Shown here in pieces: positions 1-8,862 of a stretch of 64,000 nt of DNA (positions are counted from its first letter, which is position 1; every line of letters starts with the position of its first letter). Source of the stretch: Prevotellaceae bacterium (GTDB lineage Bacteria; Bacteroidota; Bacteroidia; Bacteroidales; Bacteroidaceae); NCBI GenBank assembly GCA_030531085.1, contig JAUNOM010000002.1, positions 11,094-75,093 on the forward strand, read 5' to 3'. The translations under genes were made by a program, and so were the position numbers. A model generated the notes under the pieces. It worked only from the letters and a program-made list of their open reading frames with translations, searched no databases and was not told the DNA's origin.

Positions 1-1449
1 TGCACGGAACAATGACGGCAGACGCTGGCTCTGTGAAGCAAGTGAGTCACCTGCCTCTGCTGGGGCGAACACCACATACACGTCATACTGTACATTTGAC
101 AACACATTACGGATATCAAACAAAGCGTTTGTGATATTGGAAGAGCCCGACGGTGAAATCTCTATATATCTGTTGTTAGACACTTTATCATAGAACTTGC
201 TGTCACTCGGCACTGAACGGACCACAGCAGGAAGGGTATTGCCACGCGGATTGTTTGTAGAACGAATGTTAAGAGAGTCCAGTGTACTGGTACTCTCCGC
301 CTCCATAACAATATCTGTCATAAAGGTCTGACTGCGCTTGATTTTCCAGTTGTCTGTTTTCTTCAGCACACCGTTGGAGAGTGCTATATCCTGCGCATCG
401 CTGAAGATACCACCGGCAGTATTAGGACGGTCATACACATAGAACTTCTTGTCGTATGAGCCATACAGGAGCTTACGTAATGAGTATGGCCTTGCAACAG
501 TTGCCTGTACGGAGTCAAGCGCCGCACCCGGTGTAAGTATGTTCTTGTTGTCCGTAGCACTGAACACCGCTCCCCTAAGAATGGCGAGTCGTGGATGCAG
601 ATACTCGAAGGAGTCCTTCTCCGCTACCTGCTTGTCATAAACAAAGTACTGTTTGTTAATGTTAAGCAGTCTTTCCCACTCTGCATTCGTAGGAGCAAGC
701 ATCACATAGCTTGAGTCCTCATCATTAAGCTGTGCATAAAGCATGGAGTAATAATCCATAAGGTCATTCTCCATGACGGTAACAGAGTCGAGGTAGTTGA
801 TTTTACCATCCACAATCTCTCCCGGCACACTCTCGGAGGCTACAAATCTGTCATTGTTATAATTGTAGACAAAGTTACGGACACTGTCAAGGTCTGCATC
901 CTTATCAAGATACTCAAACAGGTTTGGTGAATAAGTTGACTGACCGTTGATTGAGAACAGAAGGCCATTACCTGTCTGGACATTGCTGCGCGCAAATGCG
1001 TTGTTGGCAAATGAGGAACTTGTGAACTTCATCTTCTTACCGTTCATCATGCTGATAACCGTATCGGGAGCAGCAGGAGAGGCAGAATAGTTATAAAGAG
1101 CTATATGATTCTGTACAAACTCTTTTATGGCTGTGTTTCTTGAAGTCTTGACTTTATTCTCCACCTGCTGGTTGTACAGCTGTATCACTGCGTCCCTGTC
1201 AGCCTCCGTGAAGTAATCATTTGTCGGTGCGAAGACAGTGAACACCTGACTGCCGCCAAGAGCCGCATCATATCCAGTTGCCTTCATGACAGCCTGGAAA
1301 TTGCTCAGTGTGGGGTCTTCACTGATGGCCTGCCATATAGAACCTGTGGCAGGAGTCATGACCTCATAATGCTCATCCCAGTCATCGGTGCATGAGGAAG
1401 CGGCACCTACAAGCAGCATAGCGGCCGCTATTATCTTGTTATATTTCAT
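1..1449 (-). CDS. Fasciclin (FAS1) domain lipoprotein, 3' end beyond window start
   Basis: Not in ORF track (no stop in window). Manual translation from ATG at 1449: MKYNKIIAAAMLLVGAASSC (lipobox) TDDWDEHY...VFTVFAPTND...NHIAL...NGLLFSING, which are FAS1 H1/H2-type motifs. Confidence 0.85.
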   Translation of the reverse strand, partial: MKYNKIIAAAMLLVGAASSCTDDWDEHYEVMTPATGSIWQAISEDPTLSNFQAVMKATGYDAALGGSQVFTVFAPTNDYFTEADRDAVIQLYNQQVENKVKTSRNTAIKEFVQNHIALYNYSASPAAPDTVISMMNGKKMKFTSSSFANNAFARSNVQTGNGLLFSINGQSTYSPNLFEYLDKDADLDSVRNFVYNYNNDRFVASESVPGEIVDGKINYLDSVTVMENDLMDYYSMLYAQLNDEDSSYVMLAPTNAEWERLLNINKQYFVYDKQVAEKDSFEYLHPRLAILRGAVFSATDNKNILTPGAALDSVQATVARPYSLRKLLYGSYDKKFYVYDRPNTAGGIFSDAQDIALSNGVLKKTDNWKIKRSQTFMTDIVMEAESTSTLDSLNIRSTNNPRGNTLPAVVRSVPSDSKFYDKVSNNRYIEISPSGSSNITNALFDIRNVLSNVQYDVYVVFAPAEAGDSLASQSQRLPSLFRA

Positions 1450-1551
1450 AGTTGTAATAGAATGAAATGTTATTCTAACTTTTGTATATTCTTTGAGGTT
1501 ATTCTGCTAATGGCAGCTGTCCGGAGACAACCGGACAGTTGCCAATACATC

Positions 1552-3630
1552 TTACAGATCATCCTCCGCCATTCCGCCGTCGGTCACACCGTAGACGCTC
1601 TTAGGAACAAGCTCAAGGTAGTCCAGCATGGCCTCCTTCTCCTTGGCACGGAATGTAGACACATTACGTATGCGCAGCCTGTGTGGCTCGCCCGGCTTGA
1701 TATGCACCGTACAGAGCACCTTGCGCACTGTAGACGGCTGACGTGCAAAGCGCTCACCGGTGTTCATATTGTTATTACCGTCATGGAACACTGACCACGG
1801 ACCTCTGTAATAACCTTTGTTCTTCAATATCTTGAAGTCAGAAGCACGGCGCTCGTCATCTTCTCTGAAATCCTCATCGTATGTTGGGAATGAGGCTGCA
1901 CCGTATACGGCCGCAGAATTGATGCGTTCGTCCATATTAAGAGGTATGCCCTGTGCCTTGTCATCGAAATAAATCTGGAAAATACCACGTGAGGCACCCT
2001 GTGAAGCATCCATAGGAGCAAAGCCAAGACGTATCTGCCAGTCACTCTCAAATGGTACGGGAGGTATCTCGAACTCAAGGTCAAACACACCATTGGCAAT
2101 CATCTCGTCACCATGCATTGAATAATAGCCGGCACGTGGACGACGGTAGATAAAGTGACCACCTGTGTTGTTGTCAGAGAACTTCACATTCTTCAGATAA
2201 CCAGCTGGGAAGAAATAGTTCTTGCCGTACTTGTAGCTGTCATCATATCTTGTATCATCATCCTTGGTGTAGTTACCGTTCATACGGATGTTGTTGGTCA
2301 TAATCTCGGGGAAGATTGTAGAGAAGTCCATACGTATGCGGCAGTTGTCAATCACGTCACGTGTAGTAGCGTCAAACTTCAGTATATCATCAATGTAGAA
2401 GTACACACCATTGTTACCGTCCGTTATATATTCAGACTCAACTTCAGGCAGAACGTGTACGCCACGCTCATGATAGTTGTCATCATAACGGCGGTTAATA
2501 TACCTGTCACCCTGAACGTCTGAGGCTATCCACTTTGTAACCATCAGCTTCTCTACCTTTATCATTGTGTATGGCAGCATGGTTGTATACCAGTCTGTAG
2601 GGTTGACGAGGGTTGTCACAACACCAACGTCATCACGCACTGTAAGATAATTGTAGCCCTGCACATTGCGGTCAAGCAGATGATATGCCATAAAGCGGTA
2701 GAGAGGGTTTATAGGACTGTCAAGATGATCGAAGTCATGCTCCGGTTTGTCAACGTCATCGGGATACATCTCATCATAGATGCGGCAAGCAAGATCATAA
2801 AGTCCACGCAGGTCTGTAACACGGTATTTGCGCTCCAGTACATCATCTGGAACAAGGAAAGCGGTGAAACCATAGAGTTTCTCATCAGGCGGATTGGCTA
2901 CCTCGTAAATAGAGCCACCCGTCATGTACTGTATCTTCTCCTCGTAGTCATTTGGATTATACTCATTATCCTTGTAAGCTTCCAGTACCTCAGCAAGCTT
3001 GGTTGCCTTCAGGGCCTCATTATATATTTGCACGCGCTCATTCTTGTCCATCAGCGACGGCACAGAGAGTGTGGAGTTCTCTATCACAGCACTTACAGGC
3101 TGCATGATACCGTTCTCCACAGAGTCGTCCTGGTGCTCAAAGAACACCATGGAGTTTCCGTTCACAATCACCACAGAATTGCCGTTGCCGTCAATGTCGT
3201 GTGTTATCTGAAGGTTACGGCGCATCATGTTCTGTGTAGGCAGCACACTGGTACTGCTCTCGCCGCCCATCTCCGAGATGGAGTACATCACATTCACCAG
3301 ATGTGTGCGGGCCAATGTGTCACAGTCCGCATCTGTCAGTGTCTCCATTGACTTGCCTTTCTGCTCCAGATAAATGTTGATGGCATCATTGCTCGGCACA
3401 AAGCAGGTGTAGTGGCCGTATGCTGAAAGCTGCTCCATGAGTCCGGCACGCTGCACTATTGTGGCAAACTGGCTGTACTGGGCATTTGACGTAAGGTATT
3501 CGCTCATCATCTGTCCCGTGAAGGAATAGAAGTTGTCACCATCGGGCTCGTCATTACATGACTGCAGTGTTGGCGTTACAATGGCGAACAGACCCAGCAA
3601 AAACAATATGTTTAATGTTATTCTCTTCAT
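1552..3630 (-). CDS. Fasciclin domain lipoprotein (SusC/D-associated surface protein)
   Basis: Lipobox LQSC; FAS1 motifs YTCFVPSNDA, ENGIMQPVSAVI, FTAFLVPDD, NGVYFYIDDIL. Confidence 0.85.
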   Translation of the reverse strand: MKRITLNILFLLGLFAIVTPTLQSCNDEPDGDNFYSFTGQMMSEYLTSNAQYSQFATIVQRAGLMEQLSAYGHYTCFVPSNDAINIYLEQKGKSMETLTDADCDTLARTHLVNVMYSISEMGGESSTSVLPTQNMMRRNLQITHDIDGNGNSVVIVNGNSMVFFEHQDDSVENGIMQPVSAVIENSTLSVPSLMDKNERVQIYNEALKATKLAEVLEAYKDNEYNPNDYEEKIQYMTGGSIYEVANPPDEKLYGFTAFLVPDDVLERKYRVTDLRGLYDLACRIYDEMYPDDVDKPEHDFDHLDSPINPLYRFMAYHLLDRNVQGYNYLTVRDDVGVVTTLVNPTDWYTTMLPYTMIKVEKLMVTKWIASDVQGDRYINRRYDDNYHERGVHVLPEVESEYITDGNNGVYFYIDDILKFDATTRDVIDNCRIRMDFSTIFPEIMTNNIRMNGNYTKDDDTRYDDSYKYGKNYFFPAGYLKNVKFSDNNTGGHFIYRRPRAGYYSMHGDEMIANGVFDLEFEIPPVPFESDWQIRLGFAPMDASQGASRGIFQIYFDDKAQGIPLNMDERINSAAVYGAASFPTYDEDFREDDERRASDFKILKNKGYYRGPWSVFHDGNNNMNTGERFARQPSTVRKVLCTVHIKPGEPHRLRIRNVSTFRAKEKEAMLDYLELVPKSVYGVTDGGMAEDDL

Positions 3631-3664
3631 TGTTATAATCTTTAAAGAAGTAAAAGGTTACACT

Positions 3665-5437
3665 TTAGTTAGCCTCATAACTGCTGTTCTCTCCACTGCC
3701 AAAGGCCGAATTCTGTTTCAGGTTAGGATTAGCCTTCAGCTCTTCGAGGTTGTACGGCCAGTAGATGGCATCCATCTTCTGCATCTTACTCTCAACTATA
3801 GATCTGATGTCCACACTCTTGTTTGCGACATTTGAGCGCAGATAGTCTGTATTGCCGTCACGCTGTGAGCGTCTCACAAGGTCAAAGAAGCGCTTGCCCT
3901 CAAACATCAGCTCTCTGTGACGCTCCTGATACACAAGATCCGTTATGGCTGACTTGGTAGTGTAGTCTGCGGCAACAAGTGTATGCCTTGGCTCACGTTC
4001 AGTCAGAGAGCGTCTGTTCACTGCGTCAACCAGCTCAAAAGCCTGATCGAGATAGCTCTGATCCTCTGGTGACAACACACCACTTTCGTCTGACATCATC
4101 TGCGTCAGCGCTTCTGCCTTCAGAAGCATGATGTCTGAAAGGCGGTATATGACATAATTGGCCTTGTTGCGTGAGTCATGCTTTGAGCCTGCTGTAGGAT
4201 ACCAGCCTGGATAAACCATTGACTTCCATGCATCGGGACCTCCAGTAGGTAACATGAATGAACCATTTCGACATGACAACTTGTTTATGCACATCAGCAT
4301 CTGGTTCATGTTCTCGTATGCACGTGCATCATATCCCGCATTGTTCTTGTCAAAGACTTTGTAAACACCGTCACGCTGGTCATTACCAACATAGGTGGTG
4401 TATACAACCCAAGGTGTCCTGCCCTCTCCGCCATAGAAGTTACTTGCGGGACCATTAGAATTCTGGGTATCACCTCCATCCTTGTCAAATGACAGTTCAA
4501 AAATACTCTCGGGGCTGTTACCATTCGCGAAGATATAAGTGAATGACTGTCCATAGCCATTACCCCTATAGGCGGTAGGGATAAGCGGATAACCATGGAA
4601 GTTGGAAAAGTCATTTGCTGTAAAAGTCTTATCTTCCTCGAAATCGGTACGCTTACGTGCTATGACACGGTCCGCATACTCTATACACTTAGGATAGTCC
4701 TTCTTCCAGAGATAAAGTTCACACAGCATGGCGTCAATAAACGTGCGCGTAACCCTGGATGTATTATACATATCAGAAAGACCGCCAGTATATGGATAGC
4801 TTGTTATAGCATCCTCCTTCACAGCCTCAAGTGACGCTATCAGCTTGTCAAGCACCTGATCGAACGGTGTGGCAGGCAGAGCCAGTTCCTGACTGTCATC
4901 AAGATATGCGACATCAGAATATGGAACGTCACGGAAGGTGCGTATAAGATAGAAGTAGCACAGTGAGCGCAGCGCCGTAACCTCAGCGATGTCTGCCTTC
5001 AGATCACTCTGTGTGTATGATGGATCCTTCTCCGCAACACCCGGTGCATACTCTATCACGGTGTTACAGTCATTGATAATCTTATAAAACTCCGTCCAGT
5101 CCGTATACGCATTGTTAGCCATGATATTCTCCTTCAGCACACGCTCCAGACTGATATCATCATTGATGATACCATTGTTGATGACATTCTCAGAGCGGTA
5201 CTCACCCCATATCATCATCCTACTAAGCATTCCGTACGACTGCATCTGCGAATAACAGCCGGCTATAATGTTCTTCACATCCGACTCCTCATTCCAGAAC
5301 TGCTCCAGCGTGATGACATTCTGAGGGTCAACCTCAAGGAAGTCACTGCAGCTTGACAGCGCTCCGACTCCCAGCGGAGCCACAGCAGCCACCATTGCCA
5401 GATGCCTTACCTTATTATATATAGTGTTGTATTTCAT
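3665..5437 (-). CDS. susD: RagB/SusD family outer-membrane lipoprotein
   Basis: SSCSDFLEVDP lipobox; LRSLCYFYLIRTFRDVP; YRLSDIMLLKAEAL; ERHRELMFEGKRFFDLVR; directly downstream of SusC. Confidence 0.93.
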   Translation of the reverse strand: MKYNTIYNKVRHLAMVAAVAPLGVGALSSCSDFLEVDPQNVITLEQFWNEESDVKNIIAGCYSQMQSYGMLSRMMIWGEYRSENVINNGIINDDISLERVLKENIMANNAYTDWTEFYKIINDCNTVIEYAPGVAEKDPSYTQSDLKADIAEVTALRSLCYFYLIRTFRDVPYSDVAYLDDSQELALPATPFDQVLDKLIASLEAVKEDAITSYPYTGGLSDMYNTSRVTRTFIDAMLCELYLWKKDYPKCIEYADRVIARKRTDFEEDKTFTANDFSNFHGYPLIPTAYRGNGYGQSFTYIFANGNSPESIFELSFDKDGGDTQNSNGPASNFYGGEGRTPWVVYTTYVGNDQRDGVYKVFDKNNAGYDARAYENMNQMLMCINKLSCRNGSFMLPTGGPDAWKSMVYPGWYPTAGSKHDSRNKANYVIYRLSDIMLLKAEALTQMMSDESGVLSPEDQSYLDQAFELVDAVNRRSLTEREPRHTLVAADYTTKSAITDLVYQERHRELMFEGKRFFDLVRRSQRDGNTDYLRSNVANKSVDIRSIVESKMQKMDAIYWPYNLEELKANPNLKQNSAFGSGENSSYEAN

Positions 5438-5463
5438 GTTTTATCAGAATTTCTGTTACTAAT

Positions 5464-8400
5464 TTAGAAATCAACCGTCATACCGAATGTATATGACTTG
5501 GCGCGCGGTGTCTGGCCGTTGTCTATAGCCGGAGCTGTACCACCTGCACTGATATCCGGATCCACACCGGTATACTTCGTTATTATGAACGGATTGTTGG
5601 CACTTACATAGAAGCTGATCTTGTTAAGTCCAATCCATGTCAGGTACTTCTTCTTCAGCGTATATGACAGCTGTGCGTATGTCATACGCAGATAAGAGCC
5701 ATCCTCCACGAAGCGGTCACTTATCAAGGTATTGTAGTTAGTGTCCTTACCATACATGGCACGTGGGATAGATGTAACCTGTCCCTCCTTACGCCAGCGG
5801 TAGTTCACTGCCTGACTCTGGTTGTCGTTGTTTATCATGGCCTCCGCAGTAAGGCGCGCACGGTTTATAATCTTAACGCCTACACGATAAGAGAACTGGG
5901 TGCTAAGACGCCAGTCACCGTATGTGAACGCGAAGCCGAAACCACCCATGAGCTTTGGCAATGATGAGCCAAGATACACAATGTCAAGTGCGTTAATCTG
6001 TCCATCATGGTTCACATCCTCATATATCGCGTCACCGCCTGCGAACCTGTAGCCTGCACCGTTGTTGACGCCACCATTGCTGTTTGAATAAGCGAACACC
6101 ATACGGATAGGGTCACCCTTGTCATCACGTATTATCTGCCCGTCAGCGGTCAGCGCCACCGGAGCGGTCTTTCCGTCACGCAGGAACTGCTCCTGATCAG
6201 CTACAGACAAGTCCTTGAATGTATCATACTGATACTGATAAACTCCCTTGTAACGGAAACCATATATGGAGTTGTTAGGGTTGTTAAGCTGTACACGCTC
6301 CATTATCTGGTTGTTCTCATTATTGAAAGTAGAGTTTCTGCTCTTCAGCAGGTTCTCGTCCATCTCCAGTATGCGGCTCTTTGAATTGGAGAAGTTTGCA
6401 TTGAAGTCCATGGTGAACTTACCGGCCTTCACGAGTTTGTTAGTGTTGATATGGAACTCCCAGCCAGTGTTTCTCATCTTACCGTCATTGCGGTAGTCCA
6501 CATGGGCATAACCACTGCTTGAAGGTATGCGGAAGTTCGCCATGAGGATGTCTGACACTGTCTCGTTATACATCTCGAATGTGATATTGAACTTGTCATT
6601 AAAGAAGCCAAGGTCAAAACCGAGGTTATACTTTGTGGACTTCTGCCACTTCAGGTCCAACAGCTTCAGGTTGACAGGTCTCATAGCCGGCATATCCAGA
6701 TACTGTGATGTGGACTCATACTTGGATGTATACAGATAGTCCTTGTTAGGTGCCACACCTGTGTACGCCCAGCTTGGACGTATTGAGAGCATGGACATCC
6801 ATGAGCGGAATTTCTCCATGAACGGCTCGTCTATGACGTTCCATCGCAGAGACACTGAAGGGAAGTAGCCCCATCTGTTATCCGGTCCGAACTTTGTCGT
6901 ACCATCCGCACGCAGTGTAACATCCATCATATAGCGGCTCTTGTAGGCATAGTGTGTAGAGAAGGTGAAGAACAGAGAGCGGCCCTCTGAATACCATGAG
7001 GCCAGACCGCTGTTCAGACCGCCGGCGTACGCACTCTCTATACCACCGGAAGGCAGTCCCTTAGCACTTGTAGACTGTCCGCTGCCGTTCCATGTTGAAA
7101 GTTCCATACGGGCCAGTGCAAGCAGAGAGTGGTCCTTGTTCTTGAATGAAGGAATGAAGGTAAGGGTCTGCTTTGTTGTCAGAGACACATCCTTCTTGCT
7201 CTCATTGAATGCGGTGTTCACACCTGCTGACCACGATGTAGTCACAAGGTCAGACGGATAGAACTTGTCTGTATATCTGTTTGATATACGCATATACACC
7301 TGTCCCTTCCATGTCAGACGGTGATGGTCCTCATCCAGTCCCAACAGCTCATAGTTAAGCACCAGCTCCGGGTTCAGGTCGTATGTAGTAAGAGTGTTCT
7401 TTGCAAGATGCGCACTGGCAACGGGATTGACATAAGTGCGCTGGTCATCCTTGAACACCTCGCTGCCCATGTACAGTCCGCTCTGCATCATATTGTAATA
7501 TGTCTGTGTGTCATTACCGTAGATATCCTCCTCATAGATACTCATGTTAGGCATCTTCTTGTAGGCAATGGCCAGCAGGTTGTCAGAGTTCATGTAGTTC
7601 TTCGTGTATGTCATGGCGAAGTTCGTCTGCACACGTATACGCTCACTGACATTATAGTCAAGGTTCACACGTGTGGAGAAACGGTTCAGCTTCTGCTTTA
7701 TCACAGAACCGGTCTCATTGTCAAAGCCACCGGAGATACGGAAGAGCGCCTTCTCACCACCACCGGAGATGGTAACATAGTGGTTCTGCAGGAAGCCCCA
7801 CTGAGTCACAGCGTCACGCCAGTCTGTGTTATCGTCATACTGGTTAGCTTCCCTCCAGTTATTGATGCCGAGATAGTTTATCTCCGGTATACTTGAAGCG
7901 GCGTCATTCTGCTGTGGATTGAAGTATGACTCCTTCAGCAGCATGGTGTAGTCATCACCGTTCAGCATCTCCATACCCTTTGGCTGGTACTTACCGGTCA
8001 GCTTAAAGGTGTATGTAAGCCTTGGTTTACCGCGTGTACCACGCTTTGTCACAATCTCGATGACACCGTTGCCACCCTGCGAACCATATATCGCAGCACC
8101 CGCACCGTCCTTGATAACGTTGATGGATGCGATATCATCAGTATTCACATTAAGCAGCTCAGAGAACTTCTCCTCATTGGCACTGGCAATATCAAAGTTT
8201 GACATATCAAGGTCATCGCGCACATTACCGTCCACCACGATGAGCGGCTGCTCGTTTGTCAGACCTGACAGAGATGAGGAGTTACGCAGCTTCATCGTTG
8301 AGCCGGCACCGAGGTTACCAGAATTTGCCACAATGTCAAGACCGGCGATACGTCCCTGCAGCGCCTCGTCCACAGAAGTGATACCGAGACCCTCGAACTC

Positions 8401-8841
8401 CTTAGCGTCAATGGACTGTCTTGCGAATGACACCTCACGCTCCGGTATAGGCAATGAGTTACCCTGCATACGGCGCTTTGACTTCACTGTAACCTCCTGC
8501 AGTGTGGTGGCAGACTCCAGCTTCACATCGAATGTGGTCTTGTCAAACTTGAACGTCTGCGTCTTCAATCCCACAAACGAGATGCGCAGCCTGTCCTTTG
8601 TCGGGTTCTTCACCTTCATGGTAAAGTTACCGTTCATATCAGTGATGGTGGACTCTATGATACGCCCGCTACCATCTATCTCGCAGATGGTGGCACCCAT
8701 CAGCGGACCGAAGTCATCACTTACCGTACCGTGTACGGACGTTATCTGCGCCATGGCGGCCACGCTGCATAGAAGCAGAGCGAAGGTGATAAGCGCCGCC
8801 CGGCACTGATGACACATTGTATTTATAATATTTCTTTTCAT
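5464..8841 (-). CDS. susC: SusC/RagA TonB-dependent outer-membrane transporter
   Basis: Plug motif DIASINVIKDGAGAAIYGSQGGNGVIEIVTKRG; RADGTTKFGPDNRWGYFPS; C-terminal aromatic F. Confidence 0.95.
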   Translation of the reverse strand: MKRNIINTMCHQCRAALITFALLLCSVAAMAQITSVHGTVSDDFGPLMGATICEIDGSGRIIESTITDMNGNFTMKVKNPTKDRLRISFVGLKTQTFKFDKTTFDVKLESATTLQEVTVKSKRRMQGNSLPIPEREVSFARQSIDAKEFEGLGITSVDEALQGRIAGLDIVANSGNLGAGSTMKLRNSSSLSGLTNEQPLIVVDGNVRDDLDMSNFDIASANEEKFSELLNVNTDDIASINVIKDGAGAAIYGSQGGNGVIEIVTKRGTRGKPRLTYTFKLTGKYQPKGMEMLNGDDYTMLLKESYFNPQQNDAASSIPEINYLGINNWREANQYDDNTDWRDAVTQWGFLQNHYVTISGGGEKALFRISGGFDNETGSVIKQKLNRFSTRVNLDYNVSERIRVQTNFAMTYTKNYMNSDNLLAIAYKKMPNMSIYEEDIYGNDTQTYYNMMQSGLYMGSEVFKDDQRTYVNPVASAHLAKNTLTTYDLNPELVLNYELLGLDEDHHRLTWKGQVYMRISNRYTDKFYPSDLVTTSWSAGVNTAFNESKKDVSLTTKQTLTFIPSFKNKDHSLLALARMELSTWNGSGQSTSAKGLPSGGIESAYAGGLNSGLASWYSEGRSLFFTFSTHYAYKSRYMMDVTLRADGTTKFGPDNRWGYFPSVSLRWNVIDEPFMEKFRSWMSMLSIRPSWAYTGVAPNKDYLYTSKYESTSQYLDMPAMRPVNLKLLDLKWQKSTKYNLGFDLGFFNDKFNITFEMYNETVSDILMANFRIPSSSGYAHVDYRNDGKMRNTGWEFHINTNKLVKAGKFTMDFNANFSNSKSRILEMDENLLKSRNSTFNNENNQIMERVQLNNPNNSIYGFRYKGVYQYQYDTFKDLSVADQEQFLRDGKTAPVALTADGQIIRDDKGDPIRMVFAYSNSNGGVNNGAGYRFAGGDAIYEDVNHDGQINALDIVYLGSSLPKLMGGFGFAFTYGDWRLSTQFSYRVGVKIINRARLTAEAMINNDNQSQAVNYRWRKEGQVTSIPRAMYGKDTNYNTLISDRFVEDGSYLRMTYAQLSYTLKKKYLTWIGLNKISFYVSANNPFIITKYTGVDPDISAGGTAPAIDNGQTPRAKSYTFGMTVDF

Positions 8842-8862
8842 GTCATTGATTTCTTTTGGTTA